A DNA stretch of 64,000 bases from Malacoraja senta (taxonomy: Eukaryota), in the NCBI GenBank assembly GCA_038087875.1, contig JAXLNO010000113.1, positions 62,001 to 126,000 on the forward strand. Reading direction: 5' to 3'. Of this stretch, positions 1 to 11,428 are shown piece by piece. Every line of letters starts with the position of its first letter. Position 1 is the stretch's first letter. Position numbers and translations under genes: made by a program. The notes beneath the pieces were generated by a model. That model made no database searches. It saw only the letters and a list, made by a program, of their open reading frames with translations, and was not told the origin of the DNA.

Positions 1-74
1 GACGCTGTACATTAAATGTATTATGAAAATATATATTAGGCACTTTGGTGCCATACGATTGAACTTCTAATAAA

Positions 75-77
<3 letters not shown>

Positions 78-115
<38 letters not shown>
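78..115. repeat. (TA)n microsatellite
   Basis: Read directly from the sequence. Confidence 0.95.
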
Positions 116-118
<3 letters not shown>

Positions 119-187
119 AAAAAAATTAACTAAAAAAAAATTAAAAAAAATACTTTTAAAATCCATGGAGCTGATAAATGCTTCATC

Positions 188-284
188 GATTGTAATCATG
201 TATTGTCTTTCCGCTGACTGGTTAGCACGCAACAAAAGCTTTTCAATGTACCTCTGTACACGTGCCAATAAACTAAACTGAACT
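188..284 (+). mobile_element. LINE-type 3' tail fragment (hairpin, AATAAA, pentamer repeat)
   Basis: TGTAC-CTCT-GTACA hairpin, CAATAAA and (ACTAA/ACTGA)n; a related copy lies at about 21150-21218. Confidence 0.55.
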
Positions 285-2270
285 ACCTTTTGGCCAAGGA
301 GTGCAGTGGCACAAGTGTGGTGGACATAGGAAGAGGAAACATCTTCTGTTCATTTAACTGATCTTGTGTTACAGTTTTAATCTTTGCAGGATAGTTTTCT
401 CTAAATAATCCATGTTTTTATTGCTCTGGAAACCCCATTCTGAGTCTTGCCCCTGAATTGTGCAAGAATCAAATATCTAATGGAATTATATTTGATAAAA
501 TATTCATAAACCAAAATCTGCGTGATACTTCAACTTTCATGGGAGATTATTAATTAAATTATTGAAAATTAAAGTGCGACGACTGGAAAGTACAACTATG
601 TAAATGACACTGTAGTTAAAAACCAGACAATTAGTCAGTGAATTCAACTGAGACTAACTTTGAAAATTCAATTAAATAATTATTTCATTAAAGAATTGAC
701 TAATTTCTTTTAAGAATAGTAAATTGAGATTGATCTGTTTATAGAATACACAGAAGGTTCAGAAGCTGGAACCCGAGGACTCAAATTGCAAATATTGCAC
801 CCTTTTTCAAAATAATGTGGGTTAAATCAGGTAACCACAGAGCAGTCAGCTTTACCTGGGTGGTAACTTAAATAGTATGTGCATGGACTAGATGCTGAGC
901 TTCTTGGAACAGAGGAGGTAGAGAGCAGATCTGATGCAAGCATTTAAAATTATGCAAGTTCCAGACAGCAAAGGTACGATAAAATATTTGCACAGGGGTC
1001 AAGAGCCATGGGGCATAACATAATGATGGCAAAAGATCAAAATATGAAATGATTTTTTTTTTAAAGTGTAGTTTAAAGATACAGCACGGAAACAGGCCCT
1101 TCTGTGCTGCAAGGCAAGAACTCTCTTACGGCACCAACGTACCGCCAGTTAGGTCTTGAATGCACTGCAGGAGTTGTAGTGTTAGCAGATTCATTTGTAG
1201 CATTCAAAAGGAATCTGGATGTAACTGAAAGGAAAGAATCTGCAGGGCATGGGAATTGAAACAACCCGACTTAGTCTTGCACAGAGTGGTATGAAATTGA
1301 AGGACTGGTCACCTTCTCTACTCTATCCATTCTGTGATTCCACTCAAAGGCTTTAATCACACTTCAGTTGGTGACTGGTTCATGGAATAAACTGTTGGTC
1401 ATCTTGGCAAATAGTATATTACAGAAAACTATTATTTTTCCACAATGATAATTGGGCTCATAGTACTGCAAACCTGCTAAAAAGATTTGCTGGACTTAAC
1501 TATTAAAAGGTTAAAACACAGAACATTTAAAAAGTAATGCAAGCTCGGTTTAAAGGAGAAACTTGCATTAATACTTTAAAAAAATCCATATTAAAATAAT
1601 GTTTATTCTATTAATCGTTGAGTGTATAACACATGACATGAATTGGATATAATACGATTGATGAACTAGGAACATTATTTGTATTGCACGGTCCTAATTG
1701 GTTATAATACGATTTGTTTAGAAATTTACAAGCAGAAAAAATCTCCTGGGAGGGGGGATGAAAGTAGTTTAGGAAAACAAAATACAGGTTCCATGTAACC
1801 TCCCTGCAGTTATCAGAGACTGGATGACACAAAGCTGGGTGGCAGAGTGAGCTGCGAGGAGGATGTTATGAGCTTCAGGGTGACTTGGATAGGTTGGGTG
1901 AATGGGCAGATGCATGGCAGATGCGATATAATGTGGATAAATGTGAGGTTATCCACTTTGGTGGCAAGAACAGGAAGGCAGATTAATATCTGAATGGTTC
2001 AGAAAGAACTGCAGATGCTGGAAAATGCTGGAGAAACTCAGCGGGTGAGGCAGCATCTATGGAGCGAAGGAATAAGTGACTTTTCAGGTCGAGACCCTTC
2101 TTCAGACTGAAGTGGGGGTGTGGGGGGCGGGAAGAAAAAAGGAAGAGGCAGAGACAGTAGGCTGTCGGAGAGCTGGGAAGGGGATGGGTAGGAGGGAGAA
2201 AGCAAGGACTACCTGAAATTGGAGAAGTCAATGTTCCTGCTGGGGTGTAAACTACCCAAGTGAAATATGA

Positions 2271-2515
2271 TTAATATTTAAGAAGGAACTGCAGATTCTG
2301 GAAAATCAAAGGTAGACAAAAATGCTGGAGAAACTCAGCGTGTGAGGCAGCATCTATGGAGCGAAGGAAATAGGCAATGTTTTGGGTCGAAACCCTTCTT
2401 CAGACTCAATAGGACAAATTCAGTCTGAAGAAGGGTCTCGACCCGAAACGTTGCCTATTTCCTCCGCTCCATAGATGCTGCCTCACCCGCTGAGATTCTT
2501 CAGCATTTTTGTCTA
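2271..2515. mobile_element. Palindromic miniature Penelope derivative with two inverted hammerhead motifs
   Basis: Arms of about 96 bp (2311-2406 / 2422-2517). 15-bp TSD CCAAGTGAAATATGA at 2256-2270 and 2516-2530. Confidence 0.8.
2421..2456 (+). ncRNA. Minimal type I hammerhead ribozyme motif (Penelope pLTR type)
   Basis: CTGAAGA core, stem II GGGTC/GACCC, GAAA, palindromic ACGT stem III and an NUH (GTT) site. Stem I is short and imperfect. Confidence 0.65.
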
Positions 2516-5500
2516 CCAAGTGAAATATGAGGTGCTGCTCCTCCAATTTGCGGTGGGACTCACTCCGGCCATGGAAGAGGCCCAGGACAGGAAGGTCGGA
2601 TTCGGAATGAGAGGGGGAGTTGAAGTGCTGAGCCACCGGGAGATCGGGTTGGTTAATGCGAACTGTGTGATGGAGTTGGGCGAACCGATCGCCAAGCCTG
2701 CGCTTGGTCTCACCGATATAGAGCAGTTGACACCTAGAGCAGCGGATGCAATAGATAAAGTTGGAGGAGGTGCAGGTGAACCTCTGCCTCACCTGGAAAG
2801 ACTGCTTGGGTCCTTGGATGGAGTCGAGGGGGGAGGTAAAGCGACAAGTGTAGCATTTCCTGCGGTTGCAAGGGAAAGTACCAGGGGAGGGGGTGGTTTG
2901 GGTGGGGAGGGACGAATTGACCAAGGAGTTACGGAGGGAGCGGTCTCTACGGAAAGCCGAAAGGGGAGGAGATGGGAAGATGTGGCCAGTGGTGGGATCC
3001 CGTTGGAGGTGGCGAAAATGTCGGAGGATTATCTGTTGTATGTGACGGCTGGTAGGGTGGAAGGTGAGGACTAGGGGGGACTCTGTCCTTATTATGAGTG
3101 GGGGGGATGGGGAGTGAGAGCGAAGCTACGGGATATAGAGGAGATCCTGGAGAGCCTCATCTATAGTCGAAGAGGGGAATCCCCGTTCCCTAAAGAATGA
3201 GGACATCTCCGATGCCCTGGTTTGGAACACCTCATCCTGAGTGCAGATGCGGCATAGACGGAGGAATTGGGAGTAGGGGGTGAAGTCCTTACAGGAAGCA
3301 GGGTGGGAAGAAGTGTAGTCCAGATAGCCATGGGAGAGTGGGTTTGTAGTAGATGTCGGTCAGTAGTCTTTTACTTGCGATGGAGATAGTGAGGTCTAGA
3401 AGCGGTAGGGAGATGTTGGAAATGGTCCAGGTGAATTTGAGTGCCGGATGGAAGTTAGTGGTGAAATGGACGAAGTCAGTGAGTTGTGTGTGGGTGCAGG
3501 AGGTGGCACAATGCAGTCGTCACTGTAGTGAAGGTAGAGTTCGGGGATAGGGCCACGGTACGCCTCGAACAAGGATGTTTCGACGTAGCCTACAAAGAGG
3601 CAGGCATAGCTGGGGCCCATGTGCGTGCCCATAGCTACGCCTTGGATTTGGAGGAAATGGGAGGAGTCAAAGGAAAAGTTGTTGGGGTAAGGACCAGCTC
3701 CGCAAGGCAGAGGAGAGTATTAGTAGACAGGGATTGGTTGGTTCTGCGGTCGAGGAAGAAACGGAGGGCTTTAAGATTCTCCTGGTGAGGGATGGAGGTG
3801 TAGAGTGACTGGACATCCATGGTGAAGATGAGGGGGTGGGACCTGGAAAATGGAAGTCATGGAGGAGATGAAGAGCGTGTGAGGTATCTGAATGGTGGCA
3901 GATTAGGAAAAGGGGAGGTGCAACCAGACCTGGGCGTGCTTGTACATCAGTCACTGAAAGTAAGCATGCAGGTACAGCAGGCAGTGAAGAAAGCAAATGG
4001 CATGTTGGCCTTGATTGCGATAGGATTTCAGTTTAGGAGCAAGGAGGTCCTACTGCAGTTGTACAGTGCCCAGGTAAGACCTACAGCTGGAGTATTGTGT
4101 GCAGTTTTGGTCTCTTAATTTGAGGAAGGACATTCTTGCTATTGAGGGAGTGCAGTGTTGGTTCACCAGGTTAATTCCCGGGATGGCGAGACTGACATAT
4201 AATGAAAGAATGGGTCGAGAAGAATGAGAGGGGATCTTCTAGAAACATATAAAATTCTTAAGCTATTGGACAGGCAAGATGCAGGAAAAATGTTACTCAT
4301 GTTGGGGAGTCCAGAACCAGGGGTCACAGTTTAAGAATAAGGGGTAGGCCATTTAGGACTGAGATGAGGAAAAACCTTTTCACCCAGAGTTGTGAATCTG
4401 TGGAATTCTCTGCCACAGAAAGCAATAGAGGCCAATTAACTGGATGTTTTCAAGAGTTAGATTTAGCTCTTTGGGCTAACGGAATCAAGGGATTTGGAGT
4501 AAAAAGAGGAACGGGGTACAGATTTTGGATATTCAGCGATGATCATATTGAATGGTGGTGCTGGCTCAAAGGGCCGAATGGCCTACTCCTGTGCCTATTT
4601 TCTATGTTTCTTGTGTCTCTTAAAAATGCAGCTGCATTTCATTGCAGGAAATTGACAAGAATCACCTCCATTAAGACTTCTGCAATGGTACTCTGTTAAA
4701 AATGTAAAATATAGACATTTGAATTTTTAGTTTGCAATAACAAAATTAAACTTATTTCTATTTAAAAGACCCACATTTTAGAAAATTCTGTGGGGAAAAG
4801 TAACTTTGTTATTGCGAGTCTGAAACTCTCTAGCCCCTAACTCTTTTCCCCACTGATAATTGTTTTTATACTGTGATTTTCTATAACATTAGGTTTTTAA
4901 AGAATATAACTATCGTGTTTTAGCAGAATTATCTGTATAGGCATTCCCGTTATGAAAGTTCTGACATACATTTTATTCAAAATTATGAAACATTTTCCAT
5001 GAATTTTTAAAACAAACCTGTGAAATAAATAAAGCTTTCCCAGCAGAGCTTCAGAGGTAAGTTTGTGAAGTGAATTAGGTGATATGAAGACAGCCATGCC
5101 GCTGTTTGCTGCCGGCGGGGAGGCAGCATTTATGGTGGGAATTAATGGTCTGAACCACTGTGCAAGCTGTTTGGAGATGGATTTGCCAGCTGCTGTGGGG
5201 TTGCAACTGGTCTTTTTCAGGACCAAGTAGGGCATTTCCCTGGGCATTTGGAGATTGGCGGGATGGATGGGGATGAACTTGCTGGCTGCTGCAGGGAAGT
5301 AATTTTCTGGTGGCTGGAAATGGGTCAGTTCCATGTGCCTTCTCTTTCCACCACCCTCCCCCAACAATCATGGGCTGGATCAACAGAGTAGAGCTGGGTG
5401 CACGAAGCAGGCTCAATTGCTGACTCACCGAGTCAGTGAGGTTGGCCAGTGACCATTCTGCCCATACTTGCTCGCTCGCTCTCTCATCACAACTGTTTTT

Positions 5501-6415
5501 GTGATCCTGTTTACTTCCTACTCACAAAAAACTCAGGTGATGAACAGTACTCAGTAATGGAATCCTTTCATGACCCTGGGGTCACCTGCATTATATTTTT
5601 GTATCAGAAGTTAAATTCAAATTATTATTACATTTAAAATAACTGATTACCAAGTCTACATTTGCTGTTATTTATATTGTTAATTCAAATAATCGGCTGA
5701 CTTTTCGTAAGCTACAAAATGTGTTAGCCATGTCTTTAAGTGCTTTATCAATGCAGAAGATGGTAACAATAGTTAAACAGAGGACTCGGTTAGTAGATTT
5801 TTCTCTCAATATCTTCAATAGTAAGAATTAAAAATATTTTAAAGTCCAACAAAAAGGCAGCTATATAGTCATTAAAAAACTTACTGTGAAGTGAAAACTG
5901 GTAATTGACTCAACTATAGAAAGGGTAAAAAAAAGCCATTTGGTAATCAGACCAACTGTTTCATTGAAATTCAGTTCAACAAAAGAACAGACTTCAATTT
6001 TTGTTGTTGTTGCCACTTTTAGATCATTATTTATTTTTCTTAAAAAGATGTGGTATACCATTCAACAGGGATTAATATTCCCAAGTATTCAATACATAAT
6101 CACTGTATACCACTCTGTATATAACATTTTGTTCATTACAGTTGCAAGTAGTTGTCCATATCCAAAATGAGTCAGGGCTCGAAATTTACGGTTGCCCTGG
6201 TGCCATTGGCCAACTAACGTCCCGCCGGTGATAAACGATCAATCACTGCACAGCAGCAATCAACAAGGCAAAAGCAGAGTGTCGAACTGTGGCAAAATAG
6301 TTTCCAAATTAAAAGACATACATTGCTCACGGCAGTCTATGTATTGTTCTGACCACAAAGATACACTGTAGAAACTATGCTAAGGAAATATCATAAAATT
6401 GGTACCCAATATAAC

Positions 6416-6608
6416 AAGAAGATAGACACAAAAAGTGGAGTAACTCAGTGGGTCAGACAGCATCTCTGGAGAAAAGGAGACGACGTTTTGGGTCGAGACT
6501 CTTCTTCAGACCTATTCTTTTTCTCCAGAGATATTACCTGACCCGCTGAGTTACTTCAACTTAGTGTCTATCTTCAGTTTAAACCAACATCTGCAGTTCC
6601 TTCCTACA
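6416..6608. mobile_element. Palindromic miniature Penelope derivative
   Basis: Inverted pLTR-tail arms surround a degenerate minus-strand hammerhead motif (6480-6512). 9-bp TSD CAATATAAC at 6407-6415 and 6609-6617. Confidence 0.7.
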
Positions 6609-7057
6609 CAATATAACTAGATTGGATAATGCATAAAATGGATGGGGAAATCTTAGTATTTCGGATTTCCAATAAGGCAACCAAGAGGAAACGCATGGTT
6701 TAAAAACGTTGTTTAGAATGGAAATGAATAGGATGTTCTTCAGCCAGAGGGTTGTGAATCTGTGGAATTAATTGTCACAAATGGCTGTGGAAGCCAAGTC
6801 ATTTTCAAATCGTAGATTGACAGAATTAGTAAGGGCATCAAAGGTTACGATGAGAAGGCAGGTAAATGGGGATGAGAGAAGAAAATAGATCAGCCATGAT
6901 CGAATGGTGGAGCAAACTCAATAGGGTTAAATGGCCTAATTCTGCTCTTATGGCCTTTAAAATGAAATATTTAAAAGGACACTACTCTAGCATTAAAATG
7001 GTTCAAATTAGTGAAATAAATTTAGGTATGTGTAAGAAGGAAATGCAGCTACCTGGA

Positions 7058-8180
7058 GGATAGACACAAAAAGCTGGAGTAACTCAGCGGGACCAGCAGC
7101 ATCTCTGGAGAGAAGGAATGGGTGACGTTTCAGGTCGAGACACTTTTTCAGACTGGTTAGGGCCAAGTGAAACAAGAGATATAGAAGGTGATGTGGAGAG
7201 ATAAAGAACAATGAATTAAAGATATGCAAAAAAGTAACGATGATAAAGGAAACAGGTAAGCTGTTTGCAGGGTGAAAATAAGAAGCTAGTACGACTTGGG
7301 TGGGGGTGGGACGGAGAGAGAGGGAATGCCGGGGCTACCTGAAGTGAGAGAAATCAATATTCATACTGCCCAAGTGAAATATGAGATGACGTTCCTCCAA
7401 TTTGCTTCCACCCTCACTCTGACAATGGAGGAGATCGAGGACAGAAAGGTCTGTGTAGGAATGGGAAGGAGAATTAAAGTGTCCAGCAACTGGGAGATCA
7501 GGTTGGTTAACGCGGGCTGAGCAAAGGTGTTCCGCGAAAAGATCGCCCAATCTGCGTTTGGTCTCGCCGATGTATAAGAGTCCACATCATGAACAATGGA
7601 TACAGTAGATGAGGTTGAAGGAGGTGCAAGTGAACCTTTGCCTAACCTGAAACAGAGTCGAGGGAGGAGGTATAGCGATAGGTGTTGCATCTTCTGCGGT
7701 TGCAGGGGAAGGTACCTGGGGAGGGGGTGGTTTGGGTTGGAAGGGATGAGTTAACCAGGGAGTTGCGGAGGAAACGGTCTCTGCTGAAGGCAGAAAGAGG
7801 TGGAGATGAGAAAATGTGGCTAGTGGTGGGACCCCATTGGAGGTGGCGGAAATGTCGGAGGATTATGTGTTGTATACGACGGCTGATCGGGTGGAAGGTA
7901 AGGACTATGGGGACTGTCTCTGTTGCGACTTGGGGGATGGGGAGCAAGGGCGGAGCTGCGGGGTCCCACGAGTGAGGGCCTCATCTATGATGGTAGAGGG
8001 GAACCCCCTTTCCCTAAGAATGAGGACATCTCGGATGTTTTAGTGTGGAACACCTCATCTTTGGTGCAGATGCGGCGTAGACGGAGGAATTGGGAGTAGT
8101 CGAGGTAGTTGTGGGGGTCAGTGGGTTTGGAATAGACGTTAGTCAATAGTCTATTTCTTGTGATGGAGACTGAGAGATAA
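7058..8180 (-). mobile_element. Penelope-like element 3' fragment
   Basis: VYSKPTDPHNYLDY, SQFLRLRRIC, PIVLTFHP, CNRRRCNT and FAEHL...VAGHFN...LEERHLIF; degenerate hammerhead motif at about 7121-7155. Confidence 0.85.
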
Positions 8181-9158
8181 ATATAGATAGTCAAGAAGCT
8201 TCCCTTCAAATGACTCCTGTGCAAATTTACATCCAGAACTTGCTGACAGCTCTTCACAGGCAAGTTTGATACCTGGTCCAGCTGTGTTTCGCCAGCAGTT
8301 GAAGCTTCTCATCCCCCAACCTTCTGCTGACAGTTAGTTATTGGTGCAAATGAATTGAGAATATTACGTGCAGGTTTGGCCTTCCTACATAAGGAAGGAT
8401 ATATTTGTGATAAAGGGACCGTTTACTGTTGTATGCTGGAAATGCAGGATGATCATGAGTAATTAAGCAGACGGCCTGTATTTCCTTGCATTCAGAAGAA
8501 TGAGAGATGAAACTTAAAATTCAGGCAAGACTTGAGAGGTTCGTTGTGGAGTTGATGTTTCTCTTGGCTGGGACAACTAGAATGAGGGCCATGGGCTCAA
8601 AATTATGTGTCTGCCATGCAGAACAGACGAGACGACATTTAATCACATAGAAATTAGAGAATATTTGGATTTTGAATATTTTCAACATTATCTGCACAAA
8701 GAGGGATTCATAGAGGATAAACTAAAATGGTTGAGATGGGAAGATGAGCTTGGCCTAAAATTTTTTAAAGACAGATGGGAGGAAAACCTATATATACACA
8801 CAACTGTTCTCTTAACGTTAGGCATTCGTTAATTCAATTTAAAATACTGCACAGACTCAATTATTCAAAGTCTAAACTGAATAAGATCTTTCCAAATGTA
8901 TCTCCTATTTGTGATAAATGTCTTCTTCAGGAAGCAACTATAACCCATCCCTTGCCTCTTGTATAAAGTTACATAATTTCTGGAGAGGAACTTTTGAAAT
9001 TTTTTCAAAAACACTAAAAATAAAATTGGGTCCCGACACGGAACTGATCACTCTAGGTACTTCAGAAGCCTGTTCTGAGCTATCACTATTTCAAAGACGT
9101 TTCCTTAATTATGGCCTGATAAGGGCGAAAAAACTAATACTTACATTTTGGAAACATA

Positions 9159-10771
9159 CAGTGGCTTGCAAAAGTATTCATACCCCTTGAACTTTTCCAC
9201 ATTTTGTCACGTTACAACCACAAACGTAAATGTATTTTATTGGGATTTTATGTGATAGACCAACACAAAGTGGCGCATAATTGTGAAGTGGAAGGAAAAT
9301 GATACATGGTTTTCAAATTTTTTTACAAATAAAAAACTGAAAAGTGTCGCGTGCAAATGTATTCAGCCCCCTTTACTCTGATACCCCTAAATAAAATCCA
9401 GTGCAACCAATTGCCTTCAGAAGTCACCTAATTAGTAAATAGAGTCCACTTGTGTGTAATCTAATCTCAGTATAAATACAGCTGTTCTGTGAAGGCCTCA
9501 GAGGTTTGTTAGAGAACATTAGTGAACAAACAGCATCATGAAGCCCAAGGAACACACCAGACAGGTCAGGGATAAAGTTGTGGAGAAGTTTAAAGCAGGG
9601 TTAGGTTATAAAAAAATATCCCAAGCTTTGAACATCTCACGGAGCACTGTTCAATCCATCATCCGAAAATGGAAAGAGTATGGCACAACTGCAAACCTAC
9701 CAAGACATGGCTGTCCACCTAAACTGACAGGCCGGGCAAGGAGAGGATTGATCAGAGAAGCAGCCAAGAGGCCCATGGTAACTCTGGAGGAGCTGCAGAG
9801 ATCCACAGCTCAGGTGGGAGAATCTGTCCACAGGACAACTATTAGTCGTGCACTCCACAAATCGGGCCTTTATGGAAGAGTGGCAAGAAGAAAGCCATTG
9901 TTGAAAAAAAAGCCATAAGTCCCGTTTGCAGTTTGCCACAAGCCATGTGGGGGACACAGCAAACATGTGGAGGAAGGTGCTCTGGTCAGATGAGACCAAA
10001 ATTGAAGTTTTTGGCCTAAATGCAAAATGCTATGTGTGGCGGAAACCTAACACTGCACGTCACCCTGAACACACCATCCCCACTGTGAAACATGGTGGTG
10101 GCAGCATCATGCTGTGGGGATGCTTTTCTTCAGCAGGGACAGGGAAGCTGGTCAGAGTTGATGGGAAGATGGATGGAGCCAAATACAGGGCAATCTTGGA
10201 AGAAAACCTGTTAGAGTCTGCAAAAGACTTGAGACTGGGGCGGAGGTTCACCTTCCAGCAGGACAACGACCCTAAACATACAGCCAGAGCTACAATGGAA
10301 TGGTTTAGATCAAAGCATATTCATGTGTTAGAATGGCCCAGTCAAAGTCCAGACCTAAATCCAATTGAGAATCTCTGGCAAGACTTGAAAATTGCTGTTC
10401 ACAGACGCTCTCCATCCAATCTGACTGAGCTTGAGCTATTTAGCAAAGCAGAATGGGCAAAAATGTCACTCTAGATGTGCAAAGCTGGTAGAGACATACC
10501 CCAAAAGACTTGCAGCTGTAATTGCAGCGAAAGGTGGTTCTACAAAGTATTGACTCAGGGGGGCTGAATACTTTTGCACGCAACACTTTTCAGTTTTTTA
10601 TTTGTAAAAAAATTTGAAAACCATGTATCATTTTCCTTCCATTTCACAATTATGCACCAATTTGTGTTGGTCGATCACATAAAATCCCAATAAAATACAT
10701 TTACGTTTGTGGTTGTAACGTGACAAAATGTGGAAAAGTTCAAGGGGCATGAAAACTTTTGCAAGCCACTG
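9159..10771 (+). mobile_element. Tc1-family (DD34E) DNA transposon, full length, long IR/DR-type TIRs
   Basis: TIRs of about 214 bp start CAGTGGCTTGCAAAAG (9159-9372 / 10557-10771). TA duplication at 9157-9158 and 10772-10773. Inner and outer direct repeats are present within each TIR. Confidence 0.96.
9538..10553 (+). pseudogene. Tc1 transposase with two small frameshifts
   Basis: Paired-like HTH, then WSDE, QQDND and NPIE with 34 residues between the second D and the E. One extra A in the run at 9904-9911 and a frameshift near 10470; the canonical end ...GGSTKY* is at 10553. Confidence 0.93.
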
Positions 10772-11422
10772 TACATCAGTCCCTACTCTTAAGATGTGGA
10801 TTATAAATATGTCTGAGACACTACATCTTGAAAATATTAGACTTGTCTTGGCAGAAAAACCAGATCTTTTTTCCAAGACATGGACACCCTTCATTGATTT
10901 CTTACAAGGATAGTATCGCGCAACACAACTTTGGATTTAAATCTAATTATGGGTTGGGTGAGGTGGGTGGGGAGGGATGAGAGGCTGGTATACCACCACT
11001 TTTCTTTCTCTTTTTCTTTTTGACCTTTTATTTTTTTCTATTCCTCTCTTCTTTCTTTCTTTTATTCACTCTTTGGCTACACTACTTTGGTAGTCTAGGG
11101 GTCCTATCTTTGCACATCTCACTTTTTCTCTTTCTTGCTTTTTCTCCTTTCTTTTCTCCTGTCACTAATTCAAAGCTAAAATGTTAAAATTGAAGCTGTA
11201 CAATAACAATATAATTTTATATGCCGTTGGTTCTATTCTTGTACCATTCTTCTAATAAATTATTCTTCTATTCTTCTAATAAATTAAAAAAAACTTTAAA
11301 AAAACTAAAATGGTTGAGAATCTTATGCATTTCCCAAAATAAATATTTCTCAATGGATTTTCCTATTGTGCAACAATTTAAACTCTGTATGACCAATTCA
11401 CAACACATCAACAATAAACAGA

Positions 11423-11428
11423 TTTATT
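11423..11428 (-). promoter_or_regulatory. Candidate MBD5 polyadenylation signal
   Basis: AATAAA on the minus strand followed by GT-rich sequence (tgtttattgttgatgtgttg), at the end of a repeat-free AT-rich stretch. AATAAA is common in such DNA, so support is weak. Confidence 0.25.

Larger units (their letters stand above)
1999..3884 (-). mobile_element. Penelope-like element (RT plus GIY-YIG endonuclease), 5'-truncated, inserted in a CR1
   Basis: MDVQSLYTSIPH, MGTHMGPSYACLF, YSDD, CNRRKCYTC and IYCIRCSRCQLLYIGETKRRLGDRF. Hammerhead motif in the 3' pLTR. 12-bp TSD TATCTGAATGGT at 1987-1998 and 3885-3896. Confidence 0.9.
1822..4615 (+). mobile_element. CR1 LINE 3' portion split by the Penelope-like element
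   Basis: DDTKLGG, WADAWQM and KCEVIHFG lie before the insertion; YLNG...DLGVLVHQSLKVSMQVQQAVKKANGML and a typical 3' UTR lie after it. Confidence 0.88.
8737..11301 (+). mobile_element. 5'-truncated L1-clade LINE 3' end, interrupted by the Tc1
   Basis: C-terminal ORF2 zinc-knuckle region (SPICDKC...TITH...SCIKLHNFW). The reading frame resumes after the Tc1 and stops at 10913. G-rich and T-rich 3' UTR, AATAAA and an A-rich tail follow. 18-bp TSD AAACTAAAATGGTTGAGA at 8719-8736 and 11302-11319. Confidence 0.85.

Noticed and set aside
5568..5585. Alternative MBD5 last exon (cag|GTGACCCCAGGGTCATGA, VTPGS*)
   Set aside because: The acceptor lacks a polypyrimidine tract and the peptide shows no MBD5 similarity.
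6174..6230. hAT-like terminal sequence CAGGGCTCGAAA
   Set aside because: No matching second terminus or TSD found.
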